A stretch of DNA of 63,923 nt, counting the filler, from Craspedostauros australis (Eukaryota), in NCBI GenBank assembly GCA_030167865.1. It is 6 parts of 6 records of this genome, joined end to end, with 100 filler letters (N's around TTAATTAATTAA, not from the genome) between each part and the next. Parts side by side here need not be neighbours in the genome. Positions count along the whole stretch, not along the records: positions 17,887 to 25,009 come from JALAGF010005820.1; positions 25,110 to 35,884 come from JALAGF010005821.1; 4 more parts are not named here. One strand, written 5' to 3'. Made by a program: the position numbers and the translations under genes. Each line of letters starts with the position of its first letter. Positions within the stretch are counted from its first letter, which is position 1. Under the pieces are notes generated by a model. The model was not told the DNA's origin. It was given only the letters and a program-made list of their open reading frames with translations, and did not search any database. Positions 23,601 to 34,690 of this stretch are shown in pieces.

Positions 23601-24580
23601 CTACTTACCTTGGCTCCACTATCGCACCATACCACATTGACTCTGATGCAACCCGTCCCAAATGGAGCATGGGATCACGAGCATACATACGAGCCGCCAT
23701 CAAGATCGTAACAAAATGGCTCACAGACCGACAGGGGCGCCTCAAGACAAAGGCACCCAGTGTGATACCGAACAACTACCGACCTGAATTGGATGCAACA
23801 CCGTTGTGCGATGCAGAAGAGACTCAATTCTACCAGCAACTGATCGGCATCCTGCGATGGACCGTTGAGCTGGGTCGCATTGACATCTGCTGTGAAACAT
23901 CCATGATGTCATCGTATTGTGCTGCGCCACGTACAGGTCACCTGCGAACGCTCTTCCACATGTTTGCCTATCTGAACTCACACGATCGTTCTCGTCTTGT
24001 CTTTGATGATGCATACGTTGACAAACCTGCTGTGATACAACCGGAGTGGGGCGACTTCTATGCCGACGCCCACGAACAGATACCGAACGACATGCCACCA
24101 CCACGCGGAAAGGAGGTCCAGATGACTTGCTTCGTTGATGCTGACCATGCTGGCGACCGGGTGACGCGACGGTCGCGCACTGGAGTCCTACTGTACCTGA
24201 ACTCATCGCCCATCCTATGGCACAGCAAGAAACAAAACAGCATCGAAACGTCCACGTTCGGCAGCGAGTTCACCGCGCTCAAGGTGGCGACGGAGATCGT
24301 CATCGGCATGCGCTACAAGCTGCGTATGATGGGCGTCCCTATGGACGGCCCGACAGACATGCGCGTCGACAACCAGAGCGTCGTGTACAACGCCTCGCTC
24401 CCCGCATCACAACTACGAAAGAAAGCCAACGCCATCGCATACCACTTTGTCCGAGAAAGCATCGCGGCGGGTGTGATGACCGTCTCATACGAACCATCAG
24501 AAACCAACCTCGCCGATATGCTCACCAAACCACAGTCAGGGCCAAGACGAACCACTCAAGCACAATGTGTTTTTTTCTAA
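20654..24580 (+). CDS. pol: CoDi pol (protease, integrase, chromodomain-like region, RT, RNase H), in frame with gag past a single TGA
   Basis: ELDAHADTCC (PR); YADT, PDNAKE, QNRAE (IN); EIIDHK...WKLCIRWKDGSTSW (chromo-like); ADVQNAYL, LYGLKSSG, YTDD (RT); FVDADHAG, ETSTFGSEF, NLADMLTK (RH). Confidence 0.93.
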   Translation, partial: SQHGGNQQITSVHLSLSANTPRAELDAHADTCCFGDTAYIVHTTNQTVTATPFLDSLGNIDNVPIVTAVIAYDDPVTYQTFVLFFPQSIYFPRLEHPLLCPNQMRAAGVVINDVPLLMINEDERKPEDHSVISSLNNLHIPLQLRGTISYFHTRKPTRQEVQSDHDCIHVMMTQESTWDPAHWSAGDDEDAIRTTVPTTSTSMSPTILRDIKAVSGTQSSNRKGTITPEALARRWRIGVDAATRTLQATTHLAMRDFRNTTGTRRLNPYAMQLRYRRLNTQVYADTMHAKTKSIRGNKYAMIYCTPFHWVRVYPVTERKNAHLTLDEMFRDHGIPHTIIPDNAKELVAGEFRRKLHKAQVSIRPIEAYIHNQNRAEATIRELRRHYRRLMTSTNTPEYLWDYCFEYCAEIRSHTALSVYDLHGETPATILSGNTADISHIAEFAWFDFVWYINIQDASMNVKQLGRYLGPSRSVGEAMCSYILTANGVVVSKSSVLPLSHDDTNDDVLKQKQTDFMTKLSTKWNKRMEGMVPDDDGDEVDDTAADIAYLQNTEPLEPIVEPEDVASEVYDRYITAKVVLPTGDEMRFGTVKRRKRDADGNLIGHSHHNPMLDTSRYEVEFLDGHQEAFSANQIAENIYARVDDDGYETVLMDEIIDHKRLPSVSFASHKTKSTKGWKLCIRWKDGSTSWIHLRNAKEADPVRVAEYAEANLLVNEPAFKWWVPHTLRKRQRIIMATKRRQVRKQEMFGVALPTSVRHALAIDAESGTDMWRKAIEKEMKAVRPAFDIKETDTPNPVGHQYMECHMIFAVKVDLTRKARLVAGGHMTEAPAAITYASVVSRESVRIAFMLAALNDCDILAADVQNAYLNAPCRERIYTRCEPEFGSDQGKIAVICRALYGLKSSGAAWRAHLAETLRDSMGYTSCRADSDVWMKPAVASDGSEYDEYVLVYTDDILAVSKQPQRILDAIGSHFFLKPSSIGPPTTYLGSTIAPYHIDSDATRPKWSMGSRAYIRAAIKIVTKWLTDRQGRLKTKAPSVIPNNYRPELDATPLCDAEETQFYQQLIGILRWTVELGRIDICCETSMMSSYCAAPRTGHLRTLFHMFAYLNSHDRSRLVFDDAYVDKPAVIQPEWGDFYADAHEQIPNDMPPPRGKEVQMTCFVDADHAGDRVTRRSRTGVLLYLNSSPILWHSKKQNSIETSTFGSEFTALKVATEIVIGMRYKLRMMGVPMDGPTDMRVDNQSVVYNASLPASQLRKKANAIAYHFVRESIAAGVMTVSYEPSETNLADMLTKPQSGPRRTTQAQCVFF

Positions 24581-24751
24581 CAGACAGACTGCGCGACAGT
24601 ACCCAAGGATGGTCGGCCACGGAGTCAATCCGTGGTGGATGGGATGAGCGCCCTGTGGTGCCCACGCATGGGGCATGCAGCAGGTACATACCATGTGAAG
24701 CGAAAATGTGACGATCCGACAGTCAGCAGAGCCACAGCGAATCGAGGGGAC

Positions 24752-24925
24752 CAAACAGGGATACGTGTGAAACGGTTAAAACGGGGTTAACGTGCGAACA
24801 CGGGCATCGCCCAACAACAGGAGAACAGTGTACTCTCTGACAATCCTACACGACCCTATAACCCTTATAATCTGAATCCTTTGGGTTTGCAACCCTCAAT
24901 GACAATGCATGTGTGTGTTAACTTG
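24752..24925 (+). repeat. 3' LTR, 174 bp
   Basis: Follows PPT GAGGGGA and matches the 5' LTR. Confidence 0.9.
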
Positions 24926-25276
24926 GAATTACAGTTCGTCCGTTATCCAACATACATACAGTGTCCGTTATGTTGAAACACAAGTATACCATCGTTCGTT
25001 GAATGTTCTNNNNNNNNNNNNNNNNNNNNNNNNNNNNNNNNNNNNNNNNNNNNTTAATTAATTAANNNNNNNNNNNNNNNNNNNNNNNNNNNNNNNNNNN
25101 NNNNNNNNNATTTGTCGTGTTGTCTCCGTGTTATTTTTACTTGCAATTGCATGAGATCATGTCATGCCTCTCTCATGCTCACAGTTCCAAGAAGACAATC
25201 TTGTGAGCTCGACAGCATTCCNNNNNNNNNNNNNNNNNNACAGTAAACAAACACTCTCCTCACCAACAACAACGAC

Positions 25277-26786
25277 TTGATCACTCTACGTTCTTGGTGC
25301 GGTATCTTCAAACCCATCTACGATTACGTTCTAACACGCAACATCTGGGCCAAGGACTTCTGTGTGTTCTGGGAATCGGCTCAGCTCTTCAAGAAAGTGC
25401 AGGTTGTCCTTGTCCACATGGACGAAAAGTGGTTCTACTCCATTGTCACTCGCAAGCATCTCAAACATGTGCCCCAGATGGGAGTTAAGCCTGTGAAGCA
25501 TCCTGTGCATCACAAGTGTCACATTGACAAGACCATGGCAATTGCATCAACAGTGTTCGTCCCAACAGACAATTGCTTTGATCGAGGAGGAAAGGCGTAT
25601 AAGGTCAACTTCGAACATGTTGGGCACATGGTCCCAGTGCAGAAGACTACGTACAAGCGAACTTGGGTCTCGCCAACGGAGTACAGGTACATTCATGATA
25701 AGAACAAAATCTCTTGCAAGAAGGGTGAACTGTACTTCCAACCACTGGAGATCACAGGCAGCAAGGAATCAGTTGGTCCTCCTGATAAGCCCAAGCCAAA
25801 ATACAGCCTCAAGAAATTCTTCCGCGAAAAAGAAATCCCTGCACTGGATTCTCTCGCCAGCAAAATCAAGGCCGAAACGCGCAAGAGCGTGGTGATTCGG
25901 TACCAGATGGATGGCGCAGGGCCACACAGAGACACAGAACTACTCAGATTCATCAACGAGGAGTTCGACAGTNNNNNNNNNNNNNNNNNNNNNNNNNNNN
26001 NNNNNNNNNNNNNNNNNNNNNNCCATCACGAATGTGAAAGACGATGCGATATTCCCAGCGATGTCAAAACACGTGTCAGCATATCAAGGTGAGCACCATG
26101 GAAGCCAATTGCTTACCACTGACGCATTGTGGAATGCTTGCGAAACCTGTTGGGAGCAATTTGGGCTGGACAAGGTGGTGCGTGCGTATGTTCGCCACCA
26201 TCAGATCGCCTACGCAATTTGTGCTGTGAAAGGAGGTGACAAATTTGTGACGGAGAACAAGGGACTGAGCATGAACGTGCGGAAACAAACGTTCACTGAA
26301 TTTGACGAGATCGGCAACAAGATCGGCGTTACCGTGTCTCACACAGACTTCGTGTTGGAGGAGGATGAGGCAACCAACGCAACCACCAAGAAACCAGCTG
26401 CAACAGGCAACAAAGGCAAATCAGCTGGCTTCAAATTCGCCAAGCCCGACATCCAAGGTATGTACAATGATGCCCTCAAGGTGATGGCTGTCAGTGGACT
26501 GCAGTGCCTGAAAACGAACTTGCCAACAACCAGCAGCCTCATTCCGTTGCTGGAGAAGCAAATCATTGAGACCATCAAATGTGACAAGGAGGCTGAGCAA
26601 CAGAAGAAAGACAAGGAGAAAAAGAAGACGCCCAGGAAGAGCAAAGCCAAGGTCATTGAGCCTCGCAACAACAACAGCAACACCAAGGCAGCACCCACCA
26701 TGAACGCATTTGAAGTGACCATGTTCGCTGGCAAGGACGAGCATCACAGCAAAGCAGAGCAGGATACCAACACAGCAGAGATGTAA
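25277..26786 (+). mobile_element. Tc1/mariner-superfamily transposase (plant-mariner DD39D-like), partial; the frame change coincides with an N gap
   Basis: VLVHMDEKWFY, HIDKTM, YQMDGAGPH and NVKDDAIFPAM motifs. Confidence 0.8.
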
Positions 26787-27440
26787 CTGCAAATCGTAGT
26801 AGTAGTGATTATATGTGTGAGGTACACCTGTGATTCGAATGGTTGTGTGCGCATCGTCTGCTTGATGGCATGGAGGATTGTGGTGTGGTGTGGTGTGTGA
26901 TGTTTGTTTTGTGTTTTGTGACGAGTGGTGTGAATTGTGTGACGCGGACCGTTTTTTTGTGTCGTGAATGGTGTGCGTCGTGGAGCCATCGCGTTGTGTC
27001 GTGCCGCTCTGGTCGGAAAAATTCCAGCCGAACCACACACAAAAACGCTCCAAGGCCTCAACTGCGTCGATCGGAGCGCCAGCACAATCGGTGTGTGTTG
27101 CGCAAACCAATCGAATGGCAAAGGCTCCTCTTTGTTGGTACCACACTCGTACATCTGTACCACATCGTACCATGCCAGTACTCCACTTCCTTTTCATCAC
27201 ACATGTGCAACCCTCGAGATCTTTGCTGCCATCAAGTCCACGCGTCTGTACTTGTCACTGGAGCACCAACGATGCATCCTCTGATCATTCATCTCTGCTC
27301 GTGCCCTGCCGACGGCACCGCACTAGCACGATTGTCATGTATTGGTGGAGCAGAGTAGAGTAGAGCAGATCGCAACGAATACACACCATACAATGCTCAT
27401 ATGCTATATTATGCTATGTTGTGATGTGCTAGTGCAGCTC

Positions 27441-28360
27441 CTATGATATGTTACATACTCGTACACTAAGAGCACAGTCCACTACTCCATGTACTGCTTC
27501 GGGCTTGCTAGATGGAGCAGATTGGACTTCCTCTCTTCGGGGTGCGTCGCCATTGGACGCCTCTTCGTTGATTGTCACGTCCTCCTTGCCGTCATGTCCG
27601 CATTCGTTCCGCTTGGCCTCCTGTCCTGTTTGTGTTGATCGGATGCTTTGCTCCGTCGCTGCAGAAGGGTCCATCTCTTCGCTGCCATCGTGTGTTGACG
27701 AAGACCCCATTACCTGACTGGGATCATCTTGTGATGAACATGATCGAGTCTTTGCGCTGGTCTCGTCTTGCGGAGTGGGCACCGCAGATGCAGATGCCGT
27801 CTCCGAAATGATGGTTGTTTGCGAAGACTTCTTGGTGCTGGCATCGGCTTCTTTCGTTTGTGCGTTGTCTCTTGCAAGTCCCATGGTGCTGAGAACCCCA
27901 ATGGTGGCCAACGATGCAACAGCCAAGGCCAACAGCTGTGATGAGGTGATGCCCGCCTTCTGCTGACCTTTGCTCTCCTCAGACACCACTGCGCCTTGTT
28001 TTGCCTGTGAGTTTGTGACTGTGGCCGTCGCGGATTGGGCCAGGTTGTCCACGATTCCATGGGATCCATCTTGTGGCACACAATGACATCGCCGCTCTCA
28101 CCATCGTACACCTCAAAGCTCGTGCTGTCGTAGTTCACGAGGTTGATGACTGGTGTTGCACCAGCTGGGTTGCTGGTAGACTTGTCGGCGCCAGTGCTGT
28201 GTGCTGAATCGCGTGATGCAAGGGCGTCGTCTCCGTCACCAGTCCATGGATCCTCGTACGAATGCTTCTCCTCCATGGAGTCGCTGATAACGATCACGCC
28301 ATTGGAATGACTCTGCGATGGTCGATTCTGCTGCAAGGCACGGGAAAAACGTTGAAACAC
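27441..28360 (-). pseudogene. 3' part of an S/T/A/D-rich low-complexity gene, frameshifted; probably continues 32217-34690
   Basis: Overlapping ORFs 27710-28360 and 27441-28079, with the same composition and strand as the fragment on the other side of the array-bounded element. Confidence 0.5.
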
Positions 28361-28510
28361 GACTTAGAGCGTGTTCGACCACTTCGACGATTTCCTTTGA
28401 ATCACTGAAGCGATGTTGAAGTTCGACTCAACTGATTGTTGCATTCGTTGCAGAATAACGTTTATAACGTCAATATGTTTAAAAACCGAACTCCAATGAC
28501 AACAAACTGA

Positions 28511-28706
28511 TTCAATGAAAGTAATGACGTTTCAATGAAAGTAATGACGTTTCAATGAAAGTAATGACGATTCAATGAAAGTAATGACGATTCAATGAAA
28601 GTAATAACGATTCAATGAAAGTAATGACGATTCAATGAAAGTAATGACGTTTCAATGAAAGTAATAGCGTTTCAATGAAAGTAATGACGTTTCAATGAAA
28701 GTAATG
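28511..28706 (+). repeat. 20-bp tandem array, 10 copies, TTCAATGAAAGTAAT plus 5 variable nt
   Basis: Units at 28511, 28531 ... 28691. Confidence 0.97.
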
Positions 28707-28989
28707 TCGGACCACGACTGAACGACGAAAACACGACTCACACGATTTTGTCGAAACTCGACGCCACACCAACCGTACACGATGAATCAGTTTTGTATCG
28801 TTCCAAAACAACAAGAACGTGATGTGCGCGCTGCCTGCATCACTGAATGCAGCGAACGATAACGCTGGTTATACATGTGTTCTTGGTGCAAGTACTACCA
28901 TTGCATACTTTGCACAATTGGCACATTCTCTATTTGGCATTGCTGTGACACAGCACAACCGCAAAGCCAGAGCAAGAGAGACTGCGATC

Positions 28990-31500
28990 TATTATATTAT
29001 ATTATATTATAGTATATTATATCATGTTTGTATGGTATGGCAGAGTAGCTCGCGCTAGTATGTACAAGTGCTCCACAACTATCAGTGCTGCATCAGCAGC
29101 AGTGCCATCGCTGAAGGTATGCAGAGATTTCCCATAATAAGTACTGGCCATCACTTGTGTTTGGGTATGTCTGTCGCCATCCCTCCAAACTGCCACATCT
29201 CCACCACAAGAACTGCACCAGTCTACCTATGCCTCCTGACAATCCATATAGGAGTTGATTGTTGCTTGAACCTGCGGCCGCAGTGAGACCTTGTACATGC
29301 AAGCCATGCAGATGAAGCGGAGTACACCGTTGACCTAATCACAATAATAGCTCAAGGATTATACTCAATTCACATGAGAATGCGCCAACTGCGCTTTTCT
29401 CCTCCTCCTTTCTACTCTTCCACTCACAAAGAGGGGGTACAGAATCTGGTTGCTGCATTGGTGTGGCCGGTGATGCGGTACTGAAAGTTGTGCAGGATGC
29501 AACAGCTGTTGCCATCCAGCTGGTCATCTGTTGGAGCTGACTTGAGTGCCAAAGTGCACAACCATCCATTTACATAGCCCAGTTGATACTTCAACGGTAT
29601 CACCAAGGAAAGGGGGCAGCTGTACCATCCGCACTGTCCCATCCGATGTCCGCTTGCTGTATGCGGCTGTTGATATTGGAGGGAGAGTCCTGCCAACTGC
29701 TGAGCCGTGGCACACCTCTGCTGATCTGTCTTGGCCTCCCCATGATACCAGCGGCGACCAAGGGGTGCATTTTCCAGGCCTTCATTTCTGTCCCATCTCC
29801 ACAAGAACTTCACTCCACGTGGATTGTATGAGCAGGCCTTGGCATAACCACATGTGATTTGCGTACTTGGTCTTTTTGCATGTTGGGCGCCTGTTGCTGG
29901 TCCGTACATGCCACTGTTTCATCCGTTTCCCAGACATAATCTTGCTGTAGACTTTCTTGAAGGTGGTGCATTGTTTGGATGCACTCAACCCGCGCATTGC
30001 AGCCACCATGCAACTTGTTCTTGACTGGCTTTGCGAATGAACCGGCTCCAGAGCAACCTATCCATGAATTGACAATTCCAGAGCTGCCCTGGCACGGTCT
30101 TGTATGTGATGGTAGATAGCTTTGTGTGCAATGATAGCAGGCAATACTCTCTCCATGCACTGCAGACATACAGGCAATGCTTCCTTGTATCTCCATGCAC
30201 CACTAGTGCAAACCTGCCAACATGCCCACCAATATGTTCATGTGCACCCAAGGGTCCTTGACGGGCAGCCTCTCATTGTCCTGGTGCCCTTTGCCATGCC
30301 ATCCAGTAGCTCAAGACTGCAGGTTGCAGGCAATGAAATGAGTAGTGCTCGCTAGATCGCTGTCTGCATCCTCCAGCCTGATAGTGTGCACTGGATCGAG
30401 AACCATAAGCGCTGGTGCATTGTCACAGGCAAGCTGGATGTGTCATTTGATCCCATGGACCGGTTGGCATGCTAGATCCACGCAAATATGCTGTAGATAC
30501 CAGCGAGTTCTGATTGATGCAGTTGCACCAGCTGGCTTCCTCATGGCACCTTGTTCACAAATGTGACTCTGGAGACAGGGTTCAGAAACGGTGGTTGCAT
30601 TTCTGCAGCTGGAGTGCCGATTCCATTTTGGATGACCCACCCCTGCAGGCCACGCATTTCCTGTTGCCAACACTGGTGATGAAGGCTTCCTCTCCACCAG
30701 TGGACACCATTTGTTTGGCCGACCATCATTGGCTGCGCTCGGCGCTGCGGAACAACCAGCTGATGATTGCATTCTTCCTCACTGTTGGCTCGATGCAGTT
30801 CAATATGCAGCCTGGGACCAGCTGATCCCCTTGCCAAGTTTCATGAACTGGCAGTGATGGCTTCACAAGGGTGGTGCCTGTCTGGCGATGATACATGCCT
30901 CCCCTGATCCCTCTGCTATGCGCCCAATACAATGATCTTTGACCCACTTCCCGGACCATCTGGCCATCTTCCAACAAGAGGTAGCCTGGGTGTCTGGAAA
31001 ACAGACTGTATCAGGCCCTCAGCCTAGCTTAGATGTTGTTGATCACATTGTTGGCTCCTGGCCAGGAGATGATAACCAACCACCCTAGTTTCCATTGGGA
31101 TAGCTATCACAATCCGAGCAGCGGCCATTTCAGACTCAAATGTGGTTTGGTGTGCCCTCTGGGATGTAGGACTTGCTGTCATATGGTCATTCCATCTGCA
31201 TTGAGAAGGTCTGACTTCCATATGACTTGCAGGTGCACCAGGCAATGATTGATCATAGCCTCTTGCTTCTGGGAGTATTCAAATAGGAGGATTGCATCCA
31301 TAATGAGTTGGTTGTTCTGTCTTGGCGGTTGGAGAGGGGAAGTGGAGAACTACGTACACATGTCAGCCTGTCATGTATTGTCCTTCATCAGGGTAGACAC
31401 TTTGGTTGTGTGGAGATGCTTCATTCCATTGGGTAGCACGAGCACACCTCTGTCAGCCCTGTCTCAAGCACTGTGGCTTTCACCATGGAGCAGAGAAGCA
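28990..31500 (-). mobile_element. Decayed, 5'-truncated non-LTR retrotransposon (Ambal-like diatom LINE with RNase H)
   Basis: Minus-strand fragments in the expected order: NQLIMDAI...MINHCLVHLQVIWKSDLLNADG (~31330-31180), AGWVIQNG (~30640), ACDNAPAL (~30420), GKRMKQW...RPTC...NHMWLC (~29930-29840), QADIGW...G...W (~29650). (ATTAT)n tract at ~28990-29020 is a possible tail. Boundaries approximate. Confidence 0.7.
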
Positions 31501-31964
31501 TACGATTGATGGAGTAGTAATCCGTTGCTCTAGTTCGCACATCAACCCACAGCCAAGCACCCGTCGCCCAACTCCCATCACACCATTCTGCCTCGCAGCC
31601 AAGTTCTCAAATGGGAGACGGAGAAAAAGAACCAGTCGACGCAATCAACCAAATGGCGAGGACGATCAGCCAAACATGGGTCTTTGTAGCAGCAACAATG
31701 CAAGAAGGACAAGTAGAACTCAAAATGGTAACAATACTATAGCAACAGTTGTACTATGTAAGATATAATATTATACATCTGGAACCCAGCTTCTACTGCT
31801 TGTGGTAATGTTATGGATTGTGTCACACAGTAAGGGCAAGCACTTGTTGTGTGCGTGTTTGCATCACGCGCACGATTTTTTGTGTGTGAACGGAGGTCCA
31901 AACGTGGATTCGTCCAATCGTGAATCAAAAGACTCCCACAAACATTCGATGTCAGTCGTGACGT

Positions 31965-32180
31965 TTCAATGAAAGTAATCACGATTCAATGAAAGTAATC
32001 ACGTTTCAATGAAAGTAATCGGCATTCAATGAAAGTAATCACGTTTCAATGAAAGTAATCGGCATTCAATGATAGTAATCACGATTCAATGAAAGTAATA
32101 GCGTTTCAATGAAAGTAATAGCGTTTCAATGAAAGTAATAGCATTTCAATGAAAGTAATGACGTTTCAATGAAAGTAATA
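31965..32180 (+). repeat. 20-bp tandem array, 11 copies, same unit and same orientation as 28511-28706
   Basis: Units at 31965, 31985 ... 32165. Confidence 0.97.
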
Positions 32181-32216
32181 AAATCGACGTTACCGCCTAT
32201 AACGTCTATTTAACTT

Positions 32217-34690
32217 TCATGGATTGCAACATCGGAGTTGGTCTTGGCTCATCGGTGTCGAGGAGTGTCTCGAACACGGGATTGGTGTGGCGAAGGGCGT
32301 TTGTCCGTTCTCCGGACACACTTTCAACGAATTTCCCGTGACTTGCTGGTGATCATCGTTACCCTCGTTGTCACCGGAGCAGTGGTCATCTTTGTCGTCG
32401 AGCACAATGATCTCTTCGACATTTCACGAGCGGGAGGCGCTCTCTGCTGGGGTTTTTTGCTCGATGGAATAATTCCCAGGTGACGCACCACCCTGGCTTC
32501 CGTGGTCGGTGACATCAATTGGGTCATGTTCAGCCGGAGCACCACCAACATCAGCATTGTCGCAATCCTTTTCTGCATTCATCAACAACTTGGTCATGAT
32601 CGCTGCGCCGACCCCAAGGACAACTGCTGCACCTGCGGCTACTCCAGTCGAGGCGTTCTTGGTGACATCGTCCAATGACGACTTCGCTGAGCTGATCGAC
32701 TTGTGGTATGAGTTACGCTCGATGTGACCAGTCGAAACAGTTGCTGATGCTTCTTGAGCGGCGTCGGCAACATCGTTTGTTGAGGCCGCAGACGCGTTGT
32801 TGGTGCAGCTGCTATCGACAGGATTCGAGTTGGCGCTTGCGCTCGTCACCACGCTGACTGCAGGGCTGCCATCAGCTGTGACTTTGGCTTTGGCTGTGGT
32901 TGTGGTCGTGGTTTTGGCCGCAGCTGCCACAGATGCCGCCGTAACGACTGTTGTGGCCACGCCAATAGCTGCGGTGGTTTTCAATGCGTTGGCGTTGTCG
33001 TCCTTGTTGCTGTTGTCATGTTTCCCGAAGCCGCGATCGCTCTGAGTTGTGGATGGCCTCGATTGGTCTTGGTGCCCAACCAGCACCCCAACCTTTTCCG
33101 AGCCAGAGTCCAACAGGCTGTTCAAGACGGACTCATTGAACGACGAAGGGCGTTCGTTTTCCGCAGAGCTGGAAGACAACTTCCTGGTGGAAGCTGCACC
33201 AGATCTCACCGACCGTTCATTCTCGGAGACGGTGAATTCGGAGGCTGTGGATTGACCGCTGTTCGTTCCTCGCGCAGGCATGAGAACGTCCATGCCCTGG
33301 ACGACTGGGATGTCATTGGATGAACGTACGGTTTCCACAAGGTGGCCGACTATCCCTGGGTTGGCTGCACCGGCGACTAGTTCTTGCTCTTCAGATCCCA
33401 GTTGACATGCGTCATTGCTGGCAGATTCGTCCTTGTTGCTGGTTTCGTATGAACTACCAGCAGCCAGTTTGGCTGCAGCAAGATCCATGATGTCTTCGAG
33501 AGGAGCCGGAGGAGGGCTGCTGGTCTCTGTGAGAGGTTCGATGCCTTCTCTCTGCATCTGCAAGNGAATCATTGCTGCAATCTTCGCCTCGTAGTCAGAT
33601 GATGTCGAAGAAGAGAGGTCAACGGCACGGACCTTGCCATTCTTGACACCTTCGGAACGATTTGTGTAGACATCGCTGGATGCCAGGCTGGATGTTCCAC
33701 TTGCGCTGCTCTCTGCCGACGGACGCGACTGCTTGCTGCCACCGGCGTTCTGCGTTGTTTCTGTTGCTGGTCCACCGACGGATGATGATCTGTCTCGTGT
33801 GTTGGAAGATGATGCAGCTGCTGCTGCCACGGCCGCTGCAGTGCCAATTGCGGCTGCTCCGACCACGGCCCCAGAAATGAAAATACCGTAGCTGGTGCTG
33901 CCATTGGAACGGTTGGAGCGTGACTCTCCGTTCGAGTACGTCGAATCGTCGTAGTATACCGATCCGCTTGACAANNNNNNNNNNNNNNNNNNNNNNNNNN
34001 NNNNNNNNNNNNNNNNNNNNNNNNNNNNNNNNNNNNNNNNNNNGTGGAATTGTTGCGTGCTGGACGAGTCTGATTCGTTGAAGCGGACCGACTTTTGCGA
34101 TCCTTCATCTATGACCGAAACGGCCCGCACTTCGATGTTGTCGGTCTGTTCTCCACTGTCGGTAGCTTGCGTCATGGTCACAGCTGGGGGATCGGCCTTT
34201 CGTGCCAATTTCTCGGCCTGCTGTTGATCGTTCGACTGCTGGTCGGCCTCGGACCCAGAAGACAAGGATGCGGAACGCGCTGTTTGTGCCGGTTGCCGCT
34301 TATTTGGAGCAAGCACACGGTTCGCAACGTATGCTCCCGCTGGAAGATCGATGCCTGTTGCAGAGGCTGTTGGCGACGCGATTCNNNNNNNNNNNNNNNN
34401 NNNNNNNNGTCGCTGGTTGGAGACGCGATCCGTGACGTCCATGGATGTGGTCTGACCATCATGATTGCTGTGAATGCTTCAGATGGTGCTCTTTTCGACG
34501 CCGGCACTCGCATTCTTGCTTTGTCCAATCCTGGATGGTGGTTCCTTGCGAAGCAAATTGTTGTAGAACGTTGGCATCGACTGAGAGGCAGCAATTGCAC
34601 CGAAGGCCGCCACCGCCTGCTTACCACGCATCTTTCTGACCGAAGTAGGTGCAGGGATGACAGATACCGAACCTTCCGCCTCTTCCCTGG
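32217..34690 (-). pseudogene. Large low-complexity S/A/T-rich gene with an in-frame TGA at 32424-32426; cut by an LTR at 34691 and by the array element at ~32217
   Basis: ORF 32424-34442 continues in frame into ORF 32217-32405. No recognisable domain. Confidence 0.55.

Larger units (their letters stand above)
18482..24925 (+). mobile_element. Full-length, apparently intact CoDi-type Ty1/copia LTR retrotransposon
   Basis: Two matching short LTRs, gag, pol in PR-IN-RT-RH order, PPT GAGGGGA before the 3' LTR, and GAAT flanking both ends. Confidence 0.95.
28445..32220. mobile_element. Putative non-autonomous element bounded by 20-bp arrays and TAACGT terminal motifs; carries a LINE insertion
   Basis: Arrays at both ends, right end homologous to 44878-45272, interrupts a minus-strand low-complexity gene. 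Exact termini not resolved. Confidence 0.65.

Noticed and set aside
28511..32180. 20-bp arrays as CRISPR or guide arrays
   Set aside because: The variable parts are only 5-6 nt and recur, so they are not unique spacers; the context is eukaryotic and no cas-like gene is present.
28434..32233. Degenerate TIR pair GATTGTTGCATTC / GGATTGCAACATC at the array element ends
   Set aside because: Only a short core matches and it is not conserved at the 45.27-kb end; probably chance, although degenerate inverted symmetry of the TAACGT motifs cannot be excluded.
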